Below, one piece after another: positions 39,301-59,355 of a stretch of 64,000 nt of DNA. Each line of letters starts with the position of its first letter. Within the stretch, counting starts at the first letter, position 1. Source of the DNA: Tubulanus polymorphus (taxonomy: Eukaryota; Animalia; Nemertea); assembly GCF_964204645.1 (NCBI RefSeq), contig NC_134028.1, forward strand, positions 24,672,345 to 24,736,344. The letters are read 5' to 3'. The notes under the pieces are model-generated. The model was not told where the DNA came from. It was given only the letters and a program-made list of their open reading frames with translations, and searched no databases. Position numbers and translations under genes: made by a program.

Positions 39301-41974
39301 ATGAGCAAAATTGTGAGACACTTTTATGTCCAGGAATGTTTACATGCGGTCAGGAAAATCGATGTATTCCGCAATCTAACGTTTGTGATGGTGTTGTGCA
39401 TTGTAAACATACAAGTGATGACGAGGCTTTCTGTAATGTCACATGTCCGAGAGGCTGTAAATGTCAAGGTCAATTGGTTGATTGTGAACATATTGGCTTA
39501 TCAAATATTAATCATCTTTTTTCAGCATCAATTCGAATTCTCATGTTCGCAAATAACAAAATTATCTTGGACAAGTATACATTTGTTTCATATGTTTACC
39601 TTCATATACTCAACATCTCATTCAATGAATTGTCTTACATTTTACCAAACTCATTCCTAAACCTGCATAATCTTCATACATTAGATCTTACACACAACAA
39701 CATAACAGCATTGTCCACAAACACATTCAAGGGTTTGTATAATCTGAAAAAGTTACTGATAACTGAAAATCCATTAAGCCACTTACAAGATGACACTTTT
39801 CAAGATTTAAAGTCACTAACAATTCTTGATCTCCAAGGCCTTTTCTTATTGGAGCTTGGTAGAAATGTATTTAGAGGTTTATCTTCACTGCAGACGCTAA
39901 ATATCAGCAGTAACAGAATCCATCATATTTCGCTTTATGCCTTTGCTGAATTAACTCCACTTGAAACCCTTGATATAACCAACAACTACAAGGTTATTTC
40001 TGTCGACAGAAAGGTCTTTGACAACCTGACATCATTAGCCTTTCTGATGTCTGATGCTTACAAATTTTGCTGCATGGCTTCGAATGTAGACCAGTGCCTT
40101 CCTGAAGCCAATCAATTTTCAACCTGTTCTGATCTGATGGGTAACACAGTCCTAAGAGTTATCATATGGGTCATTGCTTCATTCAGTTTTTTTGCTAACC
40201 TAATAGTCATTTCCCTTCGTGTTCAAGCAATTCGATCCTCCCCCTTAAATCCATCATCAGACATCATCATCATTAATGTTGCAGTATGTGATTTTATGAT
40301 GTCTGTATATTTGTTTTTGATCGCTGGAGCCGATTACGTTTATAAAGGTAGCTACTTTCTGAAATCAGAATCATGGACGGGTAGTTCGTTGTGTAGTCTC
40401 GCCGGAGTCGTGGTCTCCATTTCTTGTGAAGGATCACTGACATTTTTGCTCATCATGACACGTCATAGATTCTCAAATATTGTTAATCCATTTTCTAGAA
40501 GCCTGATTGCATCTCCGAGATATGTATCCATCATTTGCTGTATATGTTGGATTGTCTTGTTCATTATTGCATTACTACCATTTTTGCCACTACCTTACTT
40601 TGGAAGCAACTTCTATGGTACTACGGGAGTATGTTTACCTATGAATTTAATTTCAATTGATGTCAACGCCTGGCAATATTCATTTGCTATCTTTTCCTTG
40701 TCGAACGCTACAATACTTGCAACAATAATGGCGACATATGCGCAAATGTACAGACTTGTATCCGGAAGCAGGTCTGGTTCGGGTAGAGCTGATCCTACCG
40801 AACTGATTTTGGCACGCAGGAGTTTGGTGATAAATCTGTGTAATTTATTTTGCTGGCTGCCGTTAATAATCGTTCAGTTTTGCGCGGTATTTCGGGTAAA
40901 AATACCGAATCAGGTGGCGGCTTGGCTGGCAGTACTTTTCTTACCAATTAACTCATCCCTAAATCCTATTCTTTACACCATACTGACTATTGATATGAAA
41001 TCCATACGAGCAAAAACTAAACGCCGATTACATCAACTGAACAAATAAACTGGTATCTAAGCATTATAGAGATGTAAATACTCCCAGTAAATCACGTTTC
41101 AATTTTATTTTGTTGTGAGGATACGACAGTCGTTATCAATATCTAGATCACAGACATTTCATATTCCTCATTCAGAATATCCACTAAAAGTAATACATGA
41201 AATCTCATTATACGTATATTGATGATACAAAGTGATAAACAATATAAAGAGAATGCAGAATAATAATGAATACTGAAATTAGCTGAAGGCAATAATTTCG
41301 TTAACAACATCAATATTGACACAAAAGTTGACTTTTTTCTGCACACCCATTTCGAAAAAATCGCCTCTGGATAATGAAGCAGGATAAAGTCACTAAAAAT
41401 CAATTGTATGACGTTGAGATTTGAAATGAAATTTCATGATGTTCAAATTCAAGAATTCACAAAATGGTGGTTTTCTCTCTTAAAATTCACCTCGACTAAA
41501 GGAGACTCTTTGCCAATCCCTTTTATTGGAACAGAATTGGAATAATATCGAATATTCAGTTGTTGTCCACGATATTCATTGTCATGTTAAGAGCTAAATG
41601 AGTAATGAACCCCAAAAAGCAAAATATCCCAGAAAAACAGGTCTCATCATGATCAATTAAGCTTACAAATAAATGGAATAGGCCTACATCAATTTGAAAT
41701 TATAAATAAATCTTTTTTGTAATATGCCCACAATGGGGGACCTAAACATCAATATCAGTTTCACCCAGTTATTGAAACCAAAATCTAATAGCCTTTCAGC
41801 AGTTTTATTTGAACTGGATCACTAGCTCTGAATAAACTGAATTGAATTGAGATTGACGAACTCCGAGGAGAGGATGGATGTGATCTTACCTGGTAGAGGT
41901 GAAGAGACTGGTTCATCGTCATCATCATCTAGAGGATGTTCTCTTTTAGTGGCAGTTTGAACCACATCAGTCAT
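21301..41974 (-). CDS. USP39: U4/U6.U5 tri-snRNP-associated protein 2 (USP39/Sad1), 14 exons, ~562 aa
   Basis: Exons (-): 41974-41890, 25998-25926, 25660-25566, 25407-25271, 24882-24786, 24601-24546, 24464-24239, 23750-23605, 23517-23472, 23107-22884, 22610-22549, 22162-22021, 21705-21619, 21513-21301; total 1689 nt, in frame. Motifs RSRHCPYLDTINR, LDFDFEKLCSVSLS, YACLVCGKYFQGRG (UBP zinc finger), GIVGLNNIKFNDYCN (Asp at the catalytic Cys position, typical of this pseudo-DUB), LWNPKNFKAHVSPHE and LPQMITLSESYIQ. Exon 1 (MTDVVQTATKREHPLDDDDDEP) joins exon 2 in phase 1. Confidence 0.95.
21835..21999. mobile_element. CAGGGTGGCCAC-terminal MITE (related copy at ~263-688)
   Basis: Inverted termini AGGGTGGCCACT and AGTGGCCACCCT, with internal TTTCCCTGA repeats. 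Confidence 0.6.
24996..25193. repeat. CCAGTTCCAC-family dispersed repeat with internal short repeats (relatives at ~15028, ~23188, ~55577)
   Basis: GGTCCCAGTTCCACAG start and repeated CACAACRGTGGAACTG units. Confidence 0.5.
26549..33080 (+). CDS. GRL101-like LDLa/LRR G-protein-coupled receptor with CUB-like and C-type lectin domains, copy 1 (3 exons, ~1943 aa), nested antisense in USP39 intron 1
   Basis: Exons 26549-27778, 28393-29718, 29805-33080, all phase 0 and GT-AG. Signal peptide MEHRLRARLIASLIIWIICQVLITHA; CUB motifs (GYIVSPNYP..CHW, GIVQSPNYP); CTLD (WENAELYC..GHLLSINS..IGL..WTDG..NW..PC); about 7 LDLa repeats (e.g. CDGETNCKDGSDEIGC); LRRNT plus LRRs; hinge YKFCC/FSTCSDLM; rhodopsin-class 7TM ending CWLP...NSSLNPILY. 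Confidence 0.9.
28147..28350. mobile_element. PIF/Harbinger-type (Tourist-like) MITE in receptor intron 1; second copy at 36117-36336
   Basis: TIRs GGCTAAAAAAAATTGATACCTTGTTTCTCCGC and GCGGAGAAACAAGGTATCATTTTTGTTTAGCC, flanked by TAA on both sides. Confidence 0.75.
34022..34058. mobile_element. 37-bp palindromic TIR-only micro-element with 7-bp TSD
   Basis: CGTGGACTCTAAAACGA-TTT-TCGTTTTAGAGTCCATG flanked by ATTCAAT on both sides; absent from the paralogous site in duplication unit 1 (~26075). Confidence 0.7.
34558..41048 (+). CDS. GRL101-like CUB-CTLD-LDLa-LRR GPCR, copy 2 (3 exons, ~1934 aa; second intron has a GC donor)
   Basis: Exons 34558-35778, 36379-37686, 37773-41048. Near-identical paralog of copy 1 with all reading frames open. 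The intron 2 donor is AG|GCAAGA where copy 1 has AG|GTAAGA. Confidence 0.85.
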
Positions 41975-42258
41975 CGTCGTTTAAGAGTCGAAAAAGCGGC
42001 CCTTAATTTTTAAAAGCGGAAAACTTTCGGAACAGCAATTCAATTCAATATAGCTCGTGCTGCCACCTAGTGGTCGAACGGTACACTAACCCGGAAGTGT
42101 TCTGGGGGTTTTCCAGGTAGTGTGCGGCGGAGTGGTACGTGTAATCCCTCCTCCTAATCAACTAACTAGAGAATGACCCCTCTAGAAATTGAAGTCAAGT
42201 AGAATATCTGCTGTTTCTGCAGCTCGTCCTGCTGTGAGCATTGCCATCCATCCAGAAA
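41975..42258. promoter_or_regulatory. Bidirectional promoter shared by USP39 and C2orf68
   Basis: The divergent ATGs are only 284 bp apart. ETS/GABP motif CCGGAAGTG at 42091 and CTCF-like CCACTAGGTGGCAGC (- strand) at 42059-42073. Probable short 5'UTR intron of C2orf68 (CAG|GTAGTG at 42117 to TTTCTGCAG at ~42222). Confidence 0.7.
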
Positions 42259-43983
42259 ATGAATTCAAAAATGAAGCTGGACATGTCTCACGGATTCATC
42301 CAGTCAATTATCAAAAATCAAGTTGACAGGTCAGTTAGGCTAATTAATAGTTGATTAACAGCAGCCCCTCCCTTATGACAGTCCCTCAGTTATAAGTGAC
42401 TGTTAGGCCTTAATCAGATTGAGTCCGATCTACTTCTACCGGGTAGTAGACCTACCCACTTCCAATTTCCTGGTAATTTCTGTAAAGTTGCTTTCATTAT
42501 ATTCAGGGATAAATACGATAAAGAAGTGAAAGCTAAGATCGAGAAACCGCCGAAGCCTGTTGTCAGTAATCAGTCGTCGCGGCCGAAAAAACCTGAAAGA
42601 CAAACATATGTTCCTCCAGCGAAGGGAAATCGACAAGGTGAAATATGATCAGGAGTTTGAATAAAGTTCTACCTGCATCCAGGTTCACAAAAACGATTAT
42701 TTCTCAATTTGCTTTAATTATTTCATTAATTCAGTTTATCTTAGGATTTAAAAGTTAATCTTTTTTGTAAAACTGGAACCTGGAGAGAATTCCTAATTAG
42801 TTTTTGAAGACAAGTGACTGCATATTATTCAATTGTCAAATGTACTTGTGACGTCTTGACTCAACTGCTTTTTGAAAACGCAAGTTACATCATTTTGTTA
42901 TATATGTATCTTTTATAAATTGATATAAACCATTCAAGAATAAATTATATGAAATATATTTGGAATGGCTGACTGTAACTCGGGTGTTTAAATATTTGTA
43001 TTTTCAGTAACGTACCCGACCGTGAGCTCAGCCGCTGAAGATCTATCAGAAAGGAACATGACGGAACAATCATCATCGGATAGGTTAAACAACAGTGGGG
43101 AGTGTAACGGTTCGCTACCGTGTCCCTCTCCGGACGAGCAGAAACAACTGACACCCGACTACGAACGATCTTATCATTACGAGCGCAGTCAGCCGGTTCC
43201 GATGTTTCTGTTACGATACGAAGATGAATGCGGTGATTTTCATGAAACAGTCGTCCATCGGGTGAGTAACAGTATCAGGTTCCCTACGACTCCTTCATTC
43301 CTTAAAGACTCCTTAACTGAAAATGCTTTTGAAGATGCTTTGACCAAAATGCCCTAAACTCCTTTAAAACTCCTTCAATTTTGAGAAATAGGCAACCAGA
43401 AATGGTCTTTAGTTGTACAGAAAACTACACCTAAATCGACAGTTGGGATTTGGCCGTTCCGAATCAGAAACTGAGCTTGGGTAGTGATGAAAATTGGTTT
43501 ACGAAACCACTGAATCAATGGTTTACCGAGATTAACAGTACGGAGGAGAATTCAGTCTAACGTTGTTATAATGACCAAGGGTCTAATGGGAATATTTTAA
43601 TTGGGATTCTGTGGCGTTCAAGGATACACCAGGTTTGCTAGTGTGTATAGTTAATGATTTTTCAAACGCTATGGATGATGAATAAAAACTGTTGAACCCT
43701 GAAGATAAATCTGAGAGGTGGGAGCAGGCCAAACTAGACTTTTGACATAACCTCCAGCTGAAAAATTAATCATCGTCAAAATCATTGGCCCGGCCAAAGC
43801 CGCACTAGATGGCAAGCCTGATTGTTTGTGATGTGTTTGTTTTTGTAGAGCGATGACCCGTTTGTTTTGGCTCGTCGATTCGGTAATGAACAAGGTTTGA
43901 CCCCTCCGATGATTAAAGCTCTCAGTAAATGTTTACGTGAGGAGATGAGACGCCGAACACGCCAGCCGGAATCGGAGCAATGA
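42259..43983 (+). CDS. C2orf68: UPF0561 protein C2orf68 homolog, 4 coding exons, ~196 aa
   Basis: Exons 42259-42329, 42507-42637, 43008-43261, 43849-43983 (591 nt, in frame). Translation MNSKMKLDMSHGFIQSIIKNQVDRDKYDKEVK..RPKKPERQTYVPP..MFLLRYEDECGDFHETVVHRSDDP..LTPPMIKAL..EEMRRR matches the human C2orf68 motifs as I recall them (LDMNHGF..NQIARDDYDKKVK, RPRKPDLQVY, LFCLEYE..GDDP, PPMREAL). Confidence 0.85.
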
Positions 43984-44417
43984 ACTCTTCCAAACCAGAG
44001 CCATTATCTGGAGCAGACGGAATTTATCTCGGAATATCACTGAGTCGTGGTTACAATGATATTTTTCTAGTCCCTCAAGTTTTTTCGGTTCTGTTTGATA
44101 AATCCGAGTTCCAACAAATACCAAACCATTGAGCATAAACATTCATCAGTCCATGAATCCACCAAGTAGCTGCATCTGCAGCAGCCGCACCAGTCATCAG
44201 ATGCTTTTCAGGCATATGTTCATATTGGGTTTGAATTCTGTTCAACTCAGATGTTTGTTGAAATAGTTTTAGCACTATTTAGGATATAGATACCAACTCA
44301 GATATCACTGAAGTTGGACATATTCTGATGGTCCCATAAGATCCGAATTGAGCAGACTGTACTTGACTGTACTTGAATCATTTTCAAAAACCTTGACATG
44401 TAATTTATGCAAATCAG

Positions 44418-44962
44418 CTAATGTCTATTTATCAATTGATGAGACCTGTTTTTCTTGGATATTTTGCTTACTCTTTGGGGTACATACCTCATTTATGTCT
44501 TAACAGAATGCCAAAAATCGGGGACAACAACTGAATATCCGATATATTTCCAGTTCTGTACCATTTAGATGGATTGGCAAAAAGACTCCTTAAGTCCAGT
44601 TGAATGAGAGAGAAAATCCTCCATTTTGTGAAATTTCTTAATTTTTACATTATTGTCACCATGCCTACGAAATGAAGTTATTTTTCTCGTGGGGTCTCAA
44701 CAATCAGGGTGGCGTAGGCATGGTAACAATGTTCAAATCCAAGAAATTTGACAAAATGGAGGATTTTCTCTCTCATTCAACTGGACTTAAGGAGTCTTTT
44801 TGCCAATCCATCTAATTGGTACAGAACTGGAAATATATCGGATATTCAGTTGTTGTCCGCGATTTTTGGCATTCTGTTAAGACATAAATGAGGTATGTAC
44901 CCCAAAAAGTAAGCAAAATATCCCAGAAAAACAGGTCTCATCAATTAATAAATAGACATTAG
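44418..44962. mobile_element. Foldback / long-TIR MITE with ~250-bp inverted arms
   Basis: 44418-44669 (CTAATGTCTATTTAT..CACCATGCCTACG) is the near-perfect reverse complement of ~44712-44962, with a ~42-bp spacer. Confidence 0.85.
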
Positions 44963-47900
44963 TACTTTGTATGTGAAATTGGACCTAGAGAACATCTTTA
45001 TTCAATTCTTTCGTTTATACCTCGGTGAAACAATGAAAAACAATGGAATTTTATCTAAAAGATGTCTAGATGTGAACACCAATGGTAGTAATCATGATGC
45101 GCAATGTGTTTGTGATTTTTTTTCACCGTGCATTATCACTCGGTTTCATCCAGTAACGTTAATATTTATTAGTATCACAAGGTAATGTCGCTCAAAGGGT
45201 GTTTAATGTTAACGTAGCCAATAATAGCAATAATGAAATTTCAACACCATAACACTGGTTAACCTTAAACATCTTTCAAGCTGCCCAAAACCCGCTTATC
45301 TTATAATGTATAAGTGTAATAGAATTCTTTTCTATGATCTCTAGTATTTTATATCAATTGTAAAGTTTATGTTTGCGTTTATACATTTTGTTTTACCATT
45401 ACTGTTTAGTTCGTAGGAGACCTTACCCCGCACCGAATTGAAATTGTGTCTAATATACCGAACAACATACTATTTAATATCGTTGTTCATGTCGAATGAA
45501 GGTACATATTTTTCTCACTAGGTGAGGTTTTCTAAGAGCGCTTTTGAAATGCATTTGACGACTTTCATTCGTAGATGATCAGTACAATTAAATTGTATCA
45601 TACAGAATGTATGGAAGACCTAGCTGTTCGGGCTGAAAATCGGACAATATTATTTCGTTACGAATACGAATAAAAAGCTTGTTTTTTCTACTAAAATGGT
45701 TTGTCTATTATCTGGTCGAATGCTTCATTCAGGCATTTCTGAGTTTAAGGCGATATTGGTCACAGTTAAATAGGTCACCGTCAAAGCAGCCGCTTTCATT
45801 TGACTTGCCTTTTCCAGTCATGTTCGTTGATTTCCCCGACTCGATCTGCTGAGAATGCAATCAGTTAACATGTGTAGTACATAGATGTAAACTGTTTGAT
45901 TTTTAGCAATCTCCCCATTAAATTTCCCTGATTTTTATTTAGCTTTTTACAAAATAAGAAAATTCCCCAACTTTTCCCTGAATTCCAGCTACTGTAAACA
46001 ATACACGTGACAACGGTGAATGGACAAGATTCCACAGTATACACTCCGTTTAAGTCAATTGCCTCAGATTATCCTGTGCCGATACATCACACATTTTTGT
46101 TCCCAATTCATCATAACGACCCCTCCACGCTCGGACTGCTGCTTAATTTGCATACTGCAGAGAATTTATTGGTCCTGTGAGATCCTTGGTAAGCTCAGAG
46201 TCTGCGTTCGAAGGTGATCAACTAGTAGTAGTTCAGCGAACAGTTACAAACAGTGAACCTTAAGATGGCCTTGATCGACTCGACTGTCCAAGACGTGACA
46301 GTGTGCGACCAGTCTTAAGTCACGAGTCACGTCTTGGTTGCTGCAACTACGACTTAAGCCAGAAAACTAGAACAGGGTTGCATCGAGATAAAAACACTAC
46401 TAATAAACAGAACATTCTTGCTATTAAGATATAATCAAGTTTATTGAAGGTAAATCTTACTTTCCTGCGTGCACTGTATATACATAGAAATTCATATTTA
46501 CAAATGGGCTTCTCCTCTCCGGTCTAGGTGGGTAGCATTAACGTACCCCTAATATTGCATTTAACTAATGGAGTTTAGCAATTGTTCCACATCTCGAGTT
46601 CAAAACAATCAAATTAATGAAGATTTCCTGGTTGATAATATGTAGAATAATAAGATTTTAAAATCATTGAATTTTGAGTAGGATTTAACGTTGTATCATA
46701 CAAATCAAGTATAATATCACAGTTTGCCTATCCTGTAGTTGAATACGTTTGAATATTAACACGTGGTTTTATATTTAGATTTTCAGAGATCAGGGGAAAG
46801 TCTGCGAAAAACAGAAAATCACAAAACAAAAAATTTTCAAATGTCAAATTACCTTGATTCATATAAATACATTGATCCGATAAACAAACTGAACTTCTTG
46901 TCCATCAAAAAAAAAAAAAAAATTTTAAATCATGAATTTTCAAGTTTTCACGTATCACACTCGTGAAGTTCACACAATCTGGTGAACTCAATGAATTCCA
47001 AAAAACGCAAAACTAGCTAGGAAATATTTTTGATTCCCGTAGCCGCAAATAGCTGTATAGAAAGATCGCAAAAACCGTTTCATTTCCTAACGCATCAAGT
47101 AAATATCAGCATTTCGTTTCAAATAAATAAATTGATGTAGAACATCCAACTGCCTAAACGCTGTATGATGACACCAGTTAGGACAGTGGGGGATTCTTTC
47201 CACCTTTCAACAAATTAACAACATTATCGCCACAAAAACAAAAAGGCAGACGTATCTAATGGAGAGGAGAATTAGTCCCATAATGGGTTAATGGTGGACT
47301 AACTGTCTTCAACTCTGGCCGGCATTTTATGCTAAACCAACCATCCATTCATTTTAACTTCTGCATCGAATCTTATTAATTGCAAAAATTGCTTCAAATC
47401 TAAAATTCAATTCAAATTCGACTTATTTCGAGGGATCATCAAAAAATACTCGACCAGCCGTATAAGTATAAACAAATACATTGTTTCGTTACGTTTTTCT
47501 AAGTTCAGTCCACCCAATCACTGACGATTACGCGAAGCCGTCTGCTCTGCAGTGACCTTCACCCGGCAGACGACGCCCGTAAGGTCATGTTGTGATTTAA
47601 CCCAATCACAACAAGTAACAACTAAGCTTCAGTTTATATCAACTATATATACACATACAAAATACATGTACATTAGATATGTGTACATGTATTTTAGAGC
47701 CTGATTCATGAAGTACATACTTAAAGCTAAATTCTTCCCTTCAGCACAGAGCCTATATAAAGCTAGGTTTAACTCCAGTCAATTCATATGCAGTAGACTC
47801 CAGATATTTTGTGGGTTATCAATAGATTCATCTCTAGATTAATCAATAAATTGCGTGCTGCTCAAATGGCCATTTTTTTAACACCTTCGTCAAATGATTA

Positions 47901-49273
47901 CTCCAAGTTAAAACAAAGAATATGAAATACCAAAATACGCGGGATTAGTGATATTTGTTTGAGTTAGGCGATTATTCGAGTTCGACTATCAATAGAATTC
48001 AATTCACATTCTGGTTCTATAATTTGAGTTCTAGTTAACGGATAATTAAGACTTGAAAACATTTGAGTTATGAGGAGTGTCTACTATATATCTCATTCAG
48101 GGTTTATTATACGGCACTAGTCATACAAATTCACTGTTATTCCGTCAGTGAATAAGGTTTTCAATTCACCGATCTCTCTAATCCATGTAGGCCTAATAAA
48201 CCCAGTTATAGTTCTAAACTTTTACCTTTTCAGTACTAATAAGGCATAGAATAAAAAGATTTTTTTTGTATTTGAAAATGCTGACCGTAGTCACACTATA
48301 TCAGCCTATGTACTTCATGAAAAGCCCTTATGTTCATCTTCTTTATAAAGACATATCATCCTTAATCTATGACATTAAAATGTCTGAAAGTTAACAAAAT
48401 AACATGTCGACTTCAATGAAAACAAATGCCGACATTCATCTAAAATGAATTCGGCAATTCATTTAAAACGGAGCCGTATCGTGCTCCTACCAGTTATCTT
48501 AATTCAAACATGCCGTATCGTGTCATATTTTTAAAACATCATATTAAAAATTACAGTTACAACTAAATACCAGCGATATAATATCTAGCTTTCAACAGAA
48601 TTGCATAGAAAAACCTCAACTGAGTTGCACAGAAACAACATTAACCACCATATCTTCTACAGAACTAAGATCTGCTGATTTCGTGAAGTTACAGCGACTA
48701 AAACTCAAACACTTTCTAAGGGCGAACTCTTTTATCAAATCGGAGAATCCGTTTGCCTCCAACTTTTTAGAGTCTCCGAAACCTCCGGTGATTCGGATTT
48801 TGTGTGCAGCTAACCGGAGATTTCGGGCTGAGACTTCTGAGGTCATAAAAGAGTACGCCCTAAGAATGTCGAGATATCTCCATCAAAACCAAAAAGTTTA
48901 TCTTAATTTCAGTTGCGAAGAATCCAGTCATAGACCGACAACTTCTCAGTCATTGATAAAAATAAATTCATAGCCGTACGCGGACGCTTAACTCAAGCCT
49001 ATCCTCGACTATCTTCTTTTATTTACACTATTAAAAAACAAAATTAAGTCAGCTAAAAGAAATATATACGCGATATAAAAGACGGTTTCATTTAATAATA
49101 CTTTTGACAGCAGTAGTATTCCACACCACGCGAGAGGTATGGTTGAATCGCGTACTTCGATAATCATCGTAGCGTCCAGAAGAGTACCGGTAATAAGATA
49201 GCGAATGTCACTAGTATTTCGGGTGTTAAATGCATGCGGCACGTACATAACAGACACAGCTGATGATGTACGT

Positions 49274-58127
<8,854 letters not shown>

Positions 58128-58299
58128 GGTCTTAACTGAAACGAAAAGAGGGATGCCTATCTATATACCTGCATAAATTATTGCAGGACAAGTGCCAATA
58201 ACATCATAACGCTTGTTAACTAATATATCACTTTACAGGGTCCAAAATGGACCCAGGAAAAGAAATTCAAATTGTTTATTTCTTTCTTTTGAAAAAGGT

Positions 58300-58620
58300 C
58301 ACATACGGTAGATACTGAAAGTAACTGCAGCAATAAAAACAAAATGGCGCCGAGTCGTGGTGGTTCTGGTGAATCAGCTCAGATACTAACACTTCGTATT
58401 TATTGAACACAAACGATATTCTTATCAAAATGATGCATAATACTGACCTTAAAATACTGAATTCGCTAAATAACACCTCCAAACGATAAACAGTGTTAAA
58501 ATGTGGATAACGTATCGTGATTTATCAACTGCTTTTCTATAAATTCTACTCCATTCCTTCACCTCATCGACTAGAGCTTAAAACCTCGCGTGCCACGGAA
58601 CAGTTACAGGTGGCGCTATC
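58300..58620 (-). promoter_or_regulatory. Probable non-coding first exon and promoter of the PIWI gene
   Basis: Minus-strand donor GTATGT at 58306-58301 and an acceptor 8 nt upstream of the ATG (58136). YY1-like AAAATGGCGCC at 58341; CTCF-like ACAGGTGGCGC at ~58606-58616. Confidence 0.5.
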
Positions 58621-58639
58621 AGCTGGTCCTGCACTATCA

Positions 58640-59355
58640 TATATAAAGAAAACCTTTGATGACTGTGGTTAAGCCTGCATTTGGACGCAGCAATTCATGA
58701 CTAACAGTAACTCTTTTTCAAAACGAATGAAACAGATACTCCGTGACCAGCACCTTCAAGAAACTGTATCTGCCATAAATACTAATCCGATATACACTAA
58801 CTTTAGGCAATATAAAAATGATATTAGGTTAGAGAGGTATATAATAGAACTTGGTGATGACTTAGGAAATAGTTTATTTGAATTTAGGGTCGGGTCCTAT
58901 ATTTTACCCGTGAACAAATTTTCAAACCTTCATTTAGACAGAGCCGATAGAATATGCCCCACTTGTAATACTTTAGGTGACGAATCCCATTTTCTGTTTG
59001 ACTGTACCTTACTTAACGAACAACGCAAAAACTTTTTGAATTTGAATACCTTTAATACCCTTGATATTCTGAAAAACCCAACGGTCAACTTAGCTAAATT
59101 CATTAAGACCGGCTTAGATGTATATAGATCCCTCCAATAGTATATATAGTATTGTATATAGTTGATGTTATATAATAGTATATATAGTATTGTAAATAGT
59201 TGATGTATATATATATTGTTACGTTTTCATTCTCTAAATTTTAATCACTTCAGTGTTTTTTGTAAATATTTGTATATACATGTGTAATAGTTTTTCTCCA
59301 TATACCATGGAAATGGTTGGAGTAAATAAATCGTAATCGTAATAAATCGTAATCG
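58640..59355 (+). mobile_element. 5'-truncated non-LTR retrotransposon (LINE) 3' end: ORF2 C-terminus, 3'UTR and tail
   Basis: ORF 58697-59140 ends with the LINE ORF2 C-terminal Cys/His motif RICPTCNTLGDESHFLFDC, preceded by LERYI..LFEFRVGSYILPV. An AT-rich UTR follows, then AATAAA and a short tandem tail (AATCGT)n at ~59326-59355. Confidence 0.75.

Larger units (their letters stand above)
26017..41817. repeat. Head-to-tail tandem segmental duplication, two ~7.9-kb units (26017-33955 and 33956-41817)
   Basis: GGTTGAAATGATTAGCTGTCAAA starts both units (26017, 33956), and GCCTTTCAGCAGTTTTATTTGAACTGG ends both (33957, 41817). The interiors are collinear apart from a few indels. Confidence 0.95.
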
